NCBI GenBank assembly: GCA_963814585.1
Contig: CAWFDF010000012.1
Coordinates: forward strand, 416,001-480,000
From: an uncultured delta proteobacterium
GTDB lineage: Bacteria; Myxococcota; Myxococcia; Myxococcales; Anaeromyxobacteraceae
Length of the DNA: 64,000 nt
Direction: 5' to 3'
The notes under the pieces are model-generated. The model saw only the letters and a list, made by a program, of their open reading frames with translations. It made no database searches and had not been told where the DNA came from. A program made the translations under genes and the position numbers. This document shows, piece by piece, positions 23,299-32,919 of the stretch (positions are counted from its first letter, which is position 1; each line of letters starts with the position of its first letter).

Positions 23299-24575
23299 CT
23301 AGTAGGTGGCGACGCCCCGCAACCAGATCTCGCTCTTGGAGTACTCCCAGCCCGGGGGCGGGAAGGCGGAGATCGCTGGTGCGGTTGGTGTACTGGTAGG
23401 CCAGCTCCAGCTGGAGCCATCGGGACAGGTCCGCCCGCAGCGAGGGCTTCACGGTGAGGATGTTCGAGGTGCTGCTGGTCGCGTCCCGGTAGGAGAGGAT
23501 CGCCCAGTCGCCGACGATGGCCGCCGAGAGCGTGCTGTTGAGCTTGCTCTTGCCGTCCAGCGTGACGTGGCCGATGGTGTAGAGCGAGTAGGTGAGGCCC
23601 GGGTCGACGCCGAGGTCGTGGGAGTAGGTCAGCTTGAGGCTCGAGAGCGTCGAGGGCAGCCACTCCGCCGAGACGGTGGCCAGCCAGGTGCCGAGCTGGG
23701 AGAGGTCCGGCTGCGGGACCGCCAGGGGATCGAGCGACAGGTCGAGCGTGGTGCCGTACCCGGCCTTGACGGTGGCGGCGAAGTGCGCGGTGACCAGCCC
23801 GGTGACCCCGGCCTGGGCCCGCATCCCCGTCGACGCGACCGAGTAGAGCGTGCTGTTGGGGATGCGGTCGAACCAGGAGAGGTCGAGCAGCGCCGCGGTC
23901 TTGGGCAGGAACTTCCAGTTCACGTCCAGGCCGACGCCGAGGTTGTTGTAGCCGAGGTCGGCGAGGTGCTGCGGGTCGCAGTAGGGATTGGTGCGTGTCC
24001 AGGCAGTACTGGCCGGGCTTGAAGGCCTCGAAGGACTCGAGGATCCAGTCGCCGGCCAGGGACACCGTCAGCGCCCCGCCGCCCGGGCGCCACGGCACGC
24101 TCAGCGTCAGGTCGTTGTAGTTGGAGACGATGCCGGCGGCGACGGAGTAGGACACCGGCTGGTTGCTGCGGGTGAACTGCTCGTCGACCTCGAACCCGAC
24201 CTGGCCGCGGCGGTTGAAGCCGACCCCCATGCTGGCGCCGGCGTAGAGCTTGGACAGGTCCTTGCTGGCGCCGTTCTCGACCCCGAAGTACTGCGCCCAG
24301 TCGAGCACGGCGCGCAGCTCGACGGCCACGGTGTCGCCCGGCACGCTGAGCTGGAGGCCGGGGCGCAGGTGGAGGAGCAGGTCGCCGACGGTCGAGTCGG
24401 GAGCGTAGAGGTAGCCGACGTTGGAGTCGTAGCGCAGCTCCAGCTCCATGAACGGATGGAGTCGGCCGTCGGCGCCGCCGACCCGGATGCCGTTGCCGGC
24501 CGCCGCGTGTGCCGGTAGCGCCGCCATCGACAGCGCCGCCGCCACCAGCCCGCCGACCACCTTGTCCAAGCCCAT
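23299..24575 (-). CDS. Outer-membrane beta-barrel, Wzp/EpsX/ExoB-like partner of the short Wza; +1 frameshifts near 23993 and 23360
   Basis: Signal peptide (AHA-A); [16 protein letters not shown]; alternating aromatic strands (WKFLPKT, YSHD, AYQYTNR); corrected end [15 protein letters not shown]; directly upstream of wza. Confidence 0.72.
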
Positions 24576-24625
24576 GTGCCCCCTGGGGTCCGTTCCTGAA
24601 GGATCGCGCCGAAGCGAGCGGCGCA

Positions 24626-25189
24626 TCAGTGCCAGTCGCTGGCCGGCGGAGGCCGCAGCACCACCGGCGCCGAAGGCGGCGGCACGGCCCGGTACCGCCC
24701 CGAGGTCTCCCGCTCGGCCTGGCCGGTCGGCTGCTGGACCTCGACCGTGGTCCTCTCGTCGACGATGTAGGCCAGCTGGCCGATGCACTGCTGGGCGTCG
24801 TTGCCGAGCCCGTCGACCTTGTTCCTGGCGATGCCGATCTTGGTGAACTCGGCGTTGGCCGCGGGAGCGTTGTTGGCGATCGCCACCTTGAGGGCCGACT
24901 CCGACTGCTCCGCCACCTTGAGCAGCCCCTTGATCTGCGCCAGCTTCTCGTTGACGCAGTTGAGCTTGACCACGTCCTTCTCGTTGCGGGCGTCCTCGGC
25001 GCGGGTGGTCACCTGCTTGAGGGAGGCGCGCATGGAGAAGAGCGCCTCCGAGGCCCGCTTCTGCATGTCGGCCTCGGCGGCGGCGCCGGCCTTTCCGGCG
25101 GCTGGCGCGGCCGGAGCCGGCCCCTGGGCCCGGGCCGTCGGCAGAACCATCAGGCCGCAGAGGGCGGCCACGGTCATGGCTTTGTTCAC
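24626..25189 (-). CDS. Secreted alpha-helical protein of unknown function (two conserved-looking Cys)
   Basis: Signal peptide ending ARA-Q; coiled helices with DVVKLNCVNEKL and AQQCIG; strong GC3 codon bias; GAGGGGAA RBS. Confidence 0.75.
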   Translation of the reverse strand: MNKAMTVAALCGLMVLPTARAQGPAPAAPAAGKAGAAAEADMQKRASEALFSMRASLKQVTTRAEDARNEKDVVKLNCVNEKLAQIKGLLKVAEQSESALKVAIANNAPAANAEFTKIGIARNKVDGLGNDAQQCIGQLAYIVDERTTVEVQQPTGQAERETSGRYRAVPPPSAPVVLRPPPASDWH

Positions 25190-25231
25190 GGGTTCCCCTC
25201 ACCTGCGGGCAAGTGCCACAGCGACCGTGGG

Positions 25232-25261
25232 ATAATAGGTTGGATATCGAGGCGAGGTCAA
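25232..25261 (-). promoter_or_regulatory. Putative sigma70 promoter for the 25189 gene-wzp-wza unit
   Basis: TTGACC-N18-TATTAT in an AT-richer gap. Confidence 0.55.
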
Positions 25262-25287
25262 CAACGGCGCCCCGAAGGCCGCGGAAC

Positions 25288-28200
25288 TCACGGGGAATCT
25301 CCCACCTGTGCCTCCTCGCTCCCGGACTCCGGCCCGTCGAGGTCGCCGTCCGTGGGAACGACCAGACACCGCCAGCGGTCACCGGCGCGCACCATCCGGA
25401 CCGGCACCTCGGCCGAGGTCTCCGCGAAGGGCTGCAGGGTCCCGTTCCGCTGCCAGCGGTACCGGTACCGGACCCGGTCCCCATCGGGGTCCTCGCTGCC
25501 CGAGGCGAGCTCGCAGCGGATGGGCATGCCCACCTGCGGCCGGGCGGGCGAGATCGTGGCGCGCGCCGGCCCTGGCGGGGAGTTGGCGATCACCCGCTCC
25601 GCGAACGCCTCGGGCCCCCGGACGGCGCCGTCGCCGGGGATCGCCGAGCACCGGTACCGGTCGCGCCGGTCGCCCGCCGGCGTGGGCAGCTGGCTCGACC
25701 CGGCCGCGCCTGGCAGCGGCCTGTCGTTGCGCCACCAGGCCCAGGTGTAGCTCACCTCGTCACCGTCGGGATCGATCGAGGGCACGGCCACGCGGCAGGT
25801 GAGCTGGTCCCGGGTGCGGGCCTCCTCCGGCTCGATCACCACCTGCGGCGCGCCTGGCGGGCTGTTCTGGACGGTCACCTCCGCCGAGGCGGATGGGCTC
25901 TCCGACCTGCCGTCCGAGGCCCACGCCTCGCACCGCCACCGCTCGCCGCGCCGGATCACGCCGGCCGCCAGGGTCCCCTGACCCTCGGCCAGCGGCTCCG
26001 GCCGGCCGTCGCGGCTCCACCGGGTCATCACGGTGATGCGCTCCAGGTCGTCGTCGAGCTCGGGCACCACCGCCTCGCAGGTGAGCGGAGCGCCGGTGGC
26101 CGGCGCCGCCGGCCCGAGCGCCACCACCGGCCGGGGCGGGAGGGTGTTGGCCACCGTGGCGGTGAGCCGCAGCGGCTCGCTTTCCTGCTCGCCGTCGAAG
26201 CCCGTGACCTCGACGCGCCAGACCTCGCCGTGCCGGATGGCCCGTGGCTGCAGGGTGGGTCCCTCTTGCGGAGCGGGCCGGCCGTCCCTCGACCAGCGGT
26301 AGCGGTAGGTCACGGCGTCGCCGTCGAGGTCCCGGGCCGGCCCCGGGTGCTTGACGGTGAGGCCGGTGAGCGCGGTCGGCGTGGCCGGGTCGAGCACCGC
26401 GATCGGGAGGGAGGGCGGCGTGTTCCTTCCGGCGCAGGTGGCCACCAGGGCGGGCCCGGGGAGCTGGCCATCCCAGGGCGTCACCTGCACGCGCACCACC
26501 TCGTGCTTGGCGATGGGCCGGACGAACCGCGCCAGCGTCGCCTGTGGCTGGACCGCTCCGTTGACGCTCCACTGGTACCGGTAAGCGACGGCGTCACCGT
26601 CGGGGTCCACCGAGGGCCGCGTGACCTTCACCTCCGGGACGGTCCCCGACGGGACTGGGCCGTCGCAGAGGGCCACCGACACCGGCCCCGGCGCGGTGTC
26701 GGCGATCACCACCTCGGCCCGGGCCGGCGCGCTCTCGGCCAGGCCGTCGGTGGCCACCACCTCCACGCCCCAGCGCTCCCCCTTCCTCGGGACGCCGCGC
26801 GCGATCTGGGCCTGGTCACCCGGCGTCACGTACCGGGCGCCGTTGCGGGTCCAGGTGGCCCGGTAGCCCACCTGGTCACCGTCGGGATCGGGGCGCGCCG
26901 TCACCTGGAGGGACAGGCCGTCGATGGTGCGAGGCCGGGCGGGCGAGATGGCGATCTCGGGAGGCGGCGGGGGACTGTTGACCACCTCGGCCGTGGCCCG
27001 GGCCGAGGGGCCGTGCACCTCGCCGTCGAAGGCCTGGACCTCCACGTCCCAGCGCTGCCCCCTGGCGAGCAGGCCGGGGGGCGCCTCGCTGGCGCCGGTC
27101 CAGCCCGCCTCCTGGCCCCCGTCGGACCCCGGCAGGTCGGCCGGTGACCCGTCGCGCAACCAGCGGTAGCGATAGGCGACCGGGTCGCCGTCGGGGTCGA
27201 CGGCCGGCGCCCGGACGACGACCCGGAGCGGCTCACCGGCGGCGGGGTGCGGCGGGGCGAGGATCACGGCGGGCGCACCGGGCGGCGCGTTCTCCACCAG
27301 CACCTCGTCGGTGGCGGGCGGACCCGGTTCGATCCCGTCGGTCGGGGTCACGATGACCCGCAGCCGCTCGTGCTTGCGGAAGTCCCGTGACGCCAGGGTC
27401 TCGGATCCGGAGCCGGTCGCCTTCCCCTCCCGGGTCCACGCGACGTCGAGCTTGACCGGATCACCGTCGGCGTCCCGGGCGGGCGTGGTCACCACCAGCC
27501 TCAGCGCCTGCCCGCCCCGGGGCCGAGGGGGCTCGATGGCCACTCGCGGCGGCTCCGGCGGCGTGTTCACGGCCGTGACCGCGGCCGAGGCCCTCGGGCC
27601 CTTCTCCTCGCCGTCGAAGGCCTGCACGGTGACCTCGAACCGGTCGCCCCGACGCACCTGCCCGGCCGGCACCTCGCGCGCGTCGCCTGTCGGCACGAAG
27701 GGCTGGCCGTTCTTGAGCCAGCTGAAGGCATAGGTCAGCGGCTCGGCGTCGGCGTCCTCGGCCGGCGCGGTGAGCACGGCGCGCAGCGCCTCCCCCCGCC
27801 GCGGACGGGCCGGCCGGACCTCGACCCGTGGAGCTCCGGGGGGCGAGTTGCGCAGCACCGCCTCGACGACGGCGGGCGGACCCTCCAGCTGGCCGTCGAA
27901 GGCCCTCACCTCCACCCTGGCCCGCTGGTGCTTGCGCAGCAGCCCCGCCGGCACCTCGGCCGCCGACAGCGGCAGGGCCAGGGGCTTGCCGTCGACCGTC
28001 CACCGGTACCGGTACACCAGCCGATCGCCGTCGACGTCGGCGGCCGGCTTCAGGATCCGGGCTCGCAGCGGCGTGGTCCGGCGCGGCGTGGGCGGATCGA
28101 CGGCGATCACCAGCGCCCCGGGGGCGGTGTTGACCACCTGCGCCTCGGCCAGCGCCGGCGCCGAGTCGAGCTCGCCGTCGCTGGCGATCACCCGGGCGGT

Positions 28201-29919
28201 CAGCAGCATCCCGTGCCGGAGGCGGTCCCCCGGGAAGCTCTCACCGGTCACGCCGGTCGCCACGCCGTCGAGCAGCCAGGTGATCCTGGAGCTGACGGCG
28301 TCGCCGTCGGGATCGACCGCCGGCGCGGCGATGACCGCCCTGACCGGCGTGCCGCGCACCGGGGCGGCCGGATGGAGCCTGACCCGTGGCGAACCCGGCG
28401 CGGTGTCGAGGATGCGGACGTCCAGGCTCTCCGCCGCCACCTGGCCGCCGGCCGCGGTGAGCGAGAAGCGCCAGCGCTCACCGCGCCTGGCGGTTCCCGG
28501 CGGCAACCTGGCCCGCCCGTCCAGGCCCGGCACCGGCTTGCCGTTTCGCCGCCACTCCAGGCGGGGGGCCGGGGCTGGGTCGTTGGGGCCGGCGTCGAGC
28601 CAGGAGGTTCGCCAGGTGGCCTGCAGCCCGTCGGCGAGGCGCGGCTCGGCCGGGGTGATCACCAGGTCCTTGAACGAGGGGGGGTTGGGCCCGTACCGGC
28701 CGCTCCGGCCGGGATCGTGCCCGGGCCCCGGCCAGGGCGCCGCCGCCGCCGCCGTCCCCTTCCCCGCGGCGCGCAGGCCGTGCAGCCGCCCGCCCGGGGT
28801 CCCCACCAGGATGGCGAGCGACCCGTCGCCGGCGAGATCGAAGAGGAGCGGCGAGGCGGTCACGTCGCCCTCGCCCAGCGAGGCCGGGAACCCGGCGCGG
28901 ACCCTGCCCGCGGCGTCCACCACGGTGACCGCGCCGTCGGCCGAGGACACCACGGCCTCGAGCGCCCCGTCCCGGTCGACGTCGCCCACCGCCGGCCCCG
29001 CGAAGCTGCGCGGCCCGATCCGGACCGGGAAGCCCGGGAGCGCCGCGCCAGTCCGGCCGACGGCGTGGAGGAAGCCGTCGGCCGAGGCGAAGATCACGTC
29101 GAGCCGCCGATCGCCGTCGAGGTCGGCGACGGCCGGGCCCTCGTAGATCCGGTAACCGGCCTCCACCGGGAACCCCGGCAGGCGACGACCCTGCTCGTCC
29201 ACCGCGTGGACCTTGAAGTCCTGGCTGGCCACCACCAGGTCCATGCGGCCGTCGTCGTCCAGGTCGGCGAAGACCGGCGCCCCGGTGACGGCGAAGCCGG
29301 TGGCCAGCGGGAAGCCGGCCCGGGTCGCGCCGGCCGTGGAGGTGGCGTGGACCTTGCCGTCCTCGGTGCCCCAGGCCAGCGACGGCCCGCCGGCGAAGAC
29401 GCTGCTGGAGATGGAGCTGGTGACCGCCGCCTTGCCTCCGGAGAACGGGGAGGCCCTGGCCCTGGCGCCGCTGCGCGCGAAGGCGTGGATGCGCCCCAGC
29501 TCGTCGCCGACGACCACCTCCAGCCGGCCGTCGCCGTCGACGTCGGCGAAGGAGGCGCCGGCCCGGACCCGGGCCTGGAGCGCCACCGGGAACCCGGCAG
29601 CGACGCCGCCGCCGCTCCAGAGGTAGAGCTTGCCGGAGGCGGTCACCACCGCGATCTCGGGGCGGCGATCGCCGTCGAGATCGGCCGCCGCGGGCGCACC
29701 GGCCAGCAGCTCCCCGTCGGGGAGGACGAAGGGGAAGCCGGCCGGCGAGCTCCCGTCGGCGTGGATGGCGTGGAGCCGGTCCCCCGCCGAGACCACCACC
29801 GCCGGCTTCCCGGAGAAGCCCAGGCCGAGCGCGGCGTGCGGAATCCGGCCCCCCGAGTCCCGCGGGAAGTTGGAGAGCGCGCTCGCACCGATGGTCAGGG
29901 AGAGGAGGAGGTGGAGCAT
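25288..29919 (-). CDS. 1,543-aa secreted protein: FG-GAP/VCBS beta-propeller plus 12 tandem Ig/cadherin-like repeats
   Basis: N-terminal ADLDGD/ADVDGDG/ADLDDDG/GDVDRDG blades with GFP spacers; 12 ~95-aa units NxPP...DxDGD..Y.W..xG...xDG. Confidence 0.85.
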   Translation of the reverse strand: MLHLLLSLTIGASALSNFPRDSGGRIPHAALGLGFSGKPAVVVSAGDRLHAIHADGSSPAGFPFVLPDGELLAGAPAAADLDGDRRPEIAVVTASGKLYLWSGGGVAAGFPVALQARVRAGASFADVDGDGRLEVVVGDELGRIHAFARSGARARASPFSGGKAAVTSSISSSVFAGGPSLAWGTEDGKVHATSTAGATRAGFPLATGFAVTGAPVFADLDDDGRMDLVVASQDFKVHAVDEQGRRLPGFPVEAGYRIYEGPAVADLDGDRRLDVIFASADGFLHAVGRTGAALPGFPVRIGPRSFAGPAVGDVDRDGALEAVVSSADGAVTVVDAAGRVRAGFPASLGEGDVTASPLLFDLAGDGSLAILVGTPGGRLHGLRAAGKGTAAAAAPWPGPGHDPGRSGRYGPNPPSFKDLVITPAEPRLADGLQATWRTSWLDAGPNDPAPAPRLEWRRNGKPVPGLDGRARLPPGTARRGERWRFSLTAAGGQVAAESLDVRILDTAPGSPRVRLHPAAPVRGTPVRAVIAAPAVDPDGDAVSSRITWLLDGVATGVTGESFPGDRLRHGMLLTARVIASDGELDSAPALAEAQVVNTAPGALVIAVDPPTPRRTTPLRARILKPAADVDGDRLVYRYRWTVDGKPLALPLSAAEVPAGLLRKHQRARVEVRAFDGQLEGPPAVVEAVLRNSPPGAPRVEVRPARPRRGEALRAVLTAPAEDADAEPLTYAFSWLKNGQPFVPTGDAREVPAGQVRRGDRFEVTVQAFDGEEKGPRASAAVTAVNTPPEPPRVAIEPPRPRGGQALRLVVTTPARDADGDPVKLDVAWTREGKATGSGSETLASRDFRKHERLRVIVTPTDGIEPGPPATDEVLVENAPPGAPAVILAPPHPAAGEPLRVVVRAPAVDPDGDPVAYRYRWLRDGSPADLPGSDGGQEAGWTGASEAPPGLLARGQRWDVEVQAFDGEVHGPSARATAEVVNSPPPPPEIAISPARPRTIDGLSLQVTARPDPDGDQVGYRATWTRNGARYVTPGDQAQIARGVPRKGERWGVEVVATDGLAESAPARAEVVIADTAPGPVSVALCDGPVPSGTVPEVKVTRPSVDPDGDAVAYRYQWSVNGAVQPQATLARFVRPIAKHEVVRVQVTPWDGQLPGPALVATCAGRNTPPSLPIAVLDPATPTALTGLTVKHPGPARDLDGDAVTYRYRWSRDGRPAPQEGPTLQPRAIRHGEVWRVEVTGFDGEQESEPLRLTATVANTLPPRPVVALGPAAPATGAPLTCEAVVPELDDDLERITVMTRWSRDGRPEPLAEGQGTLAAGVIRRGERWRCEAWASDGRSESPSASAEVTVQNSPPGAPQVVIEPEEARTRDQLTCRVAVPSIDPDGDEVSYTWAWWRNDRPLPGAAGSSQLPTPAGDRRDRYRCSAIPGDGAVRGPEAFAERVIANSPPGPARATISPARPQVGMPIRCELASGSEDPDGDRVRYRYRWQRNGTLQPFAETSAEVPVRMVRAGDRWRCLVVPTDGDLDGPESGSEEAQVGDSP

Positions 29920-29940
29920 GCGCCAGGCCTCGTCCGCCCG

Positions 29941-31293
29941 TCAGCTCGACGGCGTGAAGAGGAAGGGGTACTCGACCGTGACCGGGCCGCTGGGACGGAA
30001 CTGGGTGCGCCAGCTGCGCAGGGTGGTCGTGATGCAGCTCGCCACCTCGGGTGCGCCCAGCGTGTTCTGGGTCGCCACGACGTCGGTCACGCCCCCGGTC
30101 TGGAGGATGGTGAAGCGGATCACCAGCCGGCCCTTCAGGCTCGGGTTCCGCTTCAGGGCGTTCTCGTAGCAGGACTTGATGAGCCCCATGCGCGCCCGGA
30201 CGAAGGCTCCCAGCCTGGCCTGGTCGATGTCTCCGGAGTCGATCTCGGCGGCCTCGGTGGCCACCGTGCCGGTGACCTTGACCTCGGTCTTGGCGCCGTA
30301 GGCGACGGCCCCGCCCCCGCCGGTGGCCAGGCTGCCGATGCTGGCCGCCCCGCCCTGCCCGCCGCCCTTGCGCCCGCCGCCGGCGCCCGGATCGGTGGCC
30401 AGCGCCACGCCGCCGGCGCCGGAGAGGGCGGTGGCCACGTCGGTCATCCCGCCGCCCGCCCCGAAGACGTCCGCCACCGCCCCACCACCGGTGCCGGGGC
30501 CGATCGAGCCGAGCACCTTGAGCATGCCCTTCGACTGGACGGCCCTGGCCACCGCCGCCGCGCGAGCCGCCTTTCGCGCCGCCGCCTGCTCGGTGGACTC
30601 GGGCTTCGGCTCGGCCTTCCTGGCCTCGGCCTCGGCCTTCTTCTCCTCGACCTTCCTCTCCTCGGCCGCGGCCCGGGGCTCCTCCTTCTTCTCGACGGGC
30701 GGGGCCGGGACCTTGTCGGGGATCAGCAACCTGGCGTAGCGGTCGGGGATCTCCTCGATGGTGATCTCGGGCGGCAGCTCGCTGGCGGAAAGCGCCAGGT
30801 AGAGGCTGCCGTGGGTGATCAAGGAGGCCACCAGGACCGTGGCGAAGAGCCGGTCCAGGCTCCTGAAGCGGTTGCCGCGCGCGTCCGGCGGGAGCACCGG
30901 CCGCGGGGCCTCGAGGGGTGGCGCCACGAACTGCCAGAGCAGCGTCACCTCGCCGAGGGTGAGCCGGCCGCGCTGCGACGCCGTGATCGGGACGGAGTGC
31001 CCTACCCCTTCCCTGCGGGCCTGGCCCTGCGCCACCAGCGCGGCGAGGTCGGTGGCCCCGGAGTCGTCCTGCACCCGCCCGTCCATCCCCTCCTGGAAGC
31101 AGAGGCGGTAGTCGTCGCCGTGGACGGTGAAGGCGGTGAAGGTGTCGGGGAGGTTGGAGAGCGGGATGACGATGGTGTTCCTGGAGAGCGTCCCGACGGT
31201 GATCGGGTGGCGCGCCGGGAAGATGCGCTCCTCGACGATCTTCCCGCCCTGGATCACGCCGAGCCGAAGCACCTTGGACTGCGGAGCCGCCAT
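29941..31293 (-). CDS. GltG/PglI-like inner-membrane protein (FHA-like N-terminus, TM helix, linker, TonB_C-like domain)
   Basis: VLRLGVIQGGKIVEER; TM LFATVLVASLITHGSLYLAL; Gly-rich linker; IKSCYENALKRNPSLKGRLVIRFTI...VEYPFLF. Confidence 0.8.
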   Translation of the reverse strand: MAAPQSKVLRLGVIQGGKIVEERIFPARHPITVGTLSRNTIVIPLSNLPDTFTAFTVHGDDYRLCFQEGMDGRVQDDSGATDLAALVAQGQARREGVGHSVPITASQRGRLTLGEVTLLWQFVAPPLEAPRPVLPPDARGNRFRSLDRLFATVLVASLITHGSLYLALSASELPPEITIEEIPDRYARLLIPDKVPAPPVEKKEEPRAAAEERKVEEKKAEAEARKAEPKPESTEQAAARKAARAAAVARAVQSKGMLKVLGSIGPGTGGGAVADVFGAGGGMTDVATALSGAGGVALATDPGAGGGRKGGGQGGAASIGSLATGGGGAVAYGAKTEVKVTGTVATEAAEIDSGDIDQARLGAFVRARMGLIKSCYENALKRNPSLKGRLVIRFTILQTGGVTDVVATQNTLGAPEVASCITTTLRSWRTQFRPSGPVTVEYPFLFTPSS

Positions 31294-31330
31294 CTCGCTC
31301 TTCACCTGTCTGGTTGACGTCCGGGTCCGA

Positions 31331-31618
31331 CTAGAACGGCGGCTTGGTGACGGCCTTCGACACCTTGGGGAGGAACGACTCGGAGCGGTCGAGCGCTCCG
31401 ACGTTCAGGTTGGCCCTCGGCATCAGGAACATCGCCTGGGGCTTCCGGATCCGGCCCTCGACCTTCATCTCCTCCAGCCGCAGGACCCTCGTCGGCGCGG
31501 CCCTCGTGGTCTGCGTGGCTGCTGCGGTGGCGGGTGGCACGGCACCGACCCGCGCCGGAGCGACCGTCGAGATGGTTAGCATGGCGCCCGAGAGCGCGAC
31601 AAGCGACCGGAGCCTCAT
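31331..31618 (-). CDS. GltF-like small secreted protein (95 aa)
   Basis: TGATG coupling with the upstream gene; signal peptide; LEEMKVEGRIRKPQAMFLMPR..SFLPKV..PF; sits between GltE-like and GltG-like genes. Confidence 0.7.
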   Translation of the reverse strand: MRLRSLVALSGAMLTISTVAPARVGAVPPATAAATQTTRAAPTRVLRLEEMKVEGRIRKPQAMFLMPRANLNVGALDRSESFLPKVSKAVTKPPF

Positions 31619-32916
31619 CAGGTGGCGCCTCCTTCCTTGACCCGCGGCGTGGCCGGCCCGGAGCCGGTGGGTGGTGGTGCGTTCCCGCGAACCTCGGTCT
31701 CCTCGCGGAGCCGATCCCTCTCCTCCCGCGCCAGCCGCTTCCTCTCGCGCTCGAGCTCCCGCGCGGCGTCCTGGCGGAAGCCCGCCACCCGCGGCTCCTG
31801 GCCGCCGTGGCCCTGGTACTCGTCGAGCCAGGCCAGTCCCTGCTCGAGGCGCTGGAGCGTCGGCAGCCCCGGAGCGGGCACGTCCAGGTGGAGGAGCGCC
31901 AGGTTGTAGCGGGCGTCGTTCAGCGCGGGATCGAGGTGCAGCGCCCGCCGGTAGGCGGCCTCCGCCTTCTCGAACGCCTGCAGGCCGCGATGGGCGTTGC
32001 CGAGATTGAGCCAGGCCCCGGCCGAGCCGGGGGCGTACTTGACCGCCAGCTCGAGCTCCTGCGCCGCGCCCGCGAAGTCGTCGGCATCGGCGAGGATGGC
32101 GCCGTAGTTGGCATGCGCCTCCGGGTAGTCCAGGCGCAGCGACGCCGCGGTCCTGAAGTCCTCGATGGCCTGTGGACGGTTGCCGAGGGCCAGCTCGACG
32201 AGGCCGAGCCGGTTCCAGACGGCGGGATCGGTCCCGTCGATCCGCCGGGCGTTCTCGAGGACCATGCGGGCCAGCTCGAAGCGGCCCCGGCCCGCATAGG
32301 CGGTGGCGAGCGCCACCAGGGCCGGGACGTTCCTCTCGTCCGCCTGGAGCGCCTTCTTGCACTCCTCCCCGGCGGCGTCGTGCTTCCCGCCCGCCAGCAG
32401 CAGCTCGGCCAGGCCGACGCGCAGCGCCACGCCGTCGGCCCGCTCCAGCCGATCTCGCAGCTCCCGCTCGATCTGCCCGGGCGGCCGCCCCTCCCGCAGC
32501 CAGAGGCGGACCAGGTTCTGCGCCGCCGGGGCGAAGTCCGGATGGGACTCCATGGTGGCCAGGTAGGCCGCCGCGGCCTGCTCGGCACGGCCCAGCCGCT
32601 CCTGGAGCACGCCGGCGTCGAGACCGGCCCAGGGGAGCCCGGCGCCGGAGCGGCGGACCGCCTCGAACAGGGCGGCCGCCCCCTCCAGGTCGCCGAGCCT
32701 CTGCAGCTCGACCGCCGCGGAGAACTGCTCCCTGGGGTCCCGCCCCGCCAGCGGAGCGGCCTCGAGGTGGGCCGGCGTGGGCGAGGGCGGCGGCGCGTCG
32801 GGGCGCGCCACCTCCTCCCCCGACACCGGCCTCTGCGCGCCGGCGCACGACGAGAGGGCCGTGGCGAACAGGATCGCCACCGGCGCCACCCGCGCCGCCC
32901 GGCACGCCGGCCGCAT
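31618..32916 (-). CDS. GltE/AglT-like TPR lipoprotein
   Basis: Lipobox LSSC; TPR units (VWNRLG, AHANYG, AWLNLG, ARYNLA); gene order. Confidence 0.75.
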   Translation of the reverse strand: MRPACRAARVAPVAILFATALSSCAGAQRPVSGEEVARPDAPPPSPTPAHLEAAPLAGRDPREQFSAAVELQRLGDLEGAAALFEAVRRSGAGLPWAGLDAGVLQERLGRAEQAAAAYLATMESHPDFAPAAQNLVRLWLREGRPPGQIERELRDRLERADGVALRVGLAELLLAGGKHDAAGEECKKALQADERNVPALVALATAYAGRGRFELARMVLENARRIDGTDPAVWNRLGLVELALGNRPQAIEDFRTAASLRLDYPEAHANYGAILADADDFAGAAQELELAVKYAPGSAGAWLNLGNAHRGLQAFEKAEAAYRRALHLDPALNDARYNLALLHLDVPAPGLPTLQRLEQGLAWLDEYQGHGGQEPRVAGFRQDAARELERERKRLAREERDRLREETEVRGNAPPPTGSGPATPRVKEGGAT

Positions 32917-32919
32917 CGC

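Noticed and set aside
22679..23923. Barrel-Wza fusion ORF (414 aa)
   Set aside because: Produced by an indel near 23360; Wza has its own ATG and lipobox at 23281 and the barrel has a natural end at 23299.
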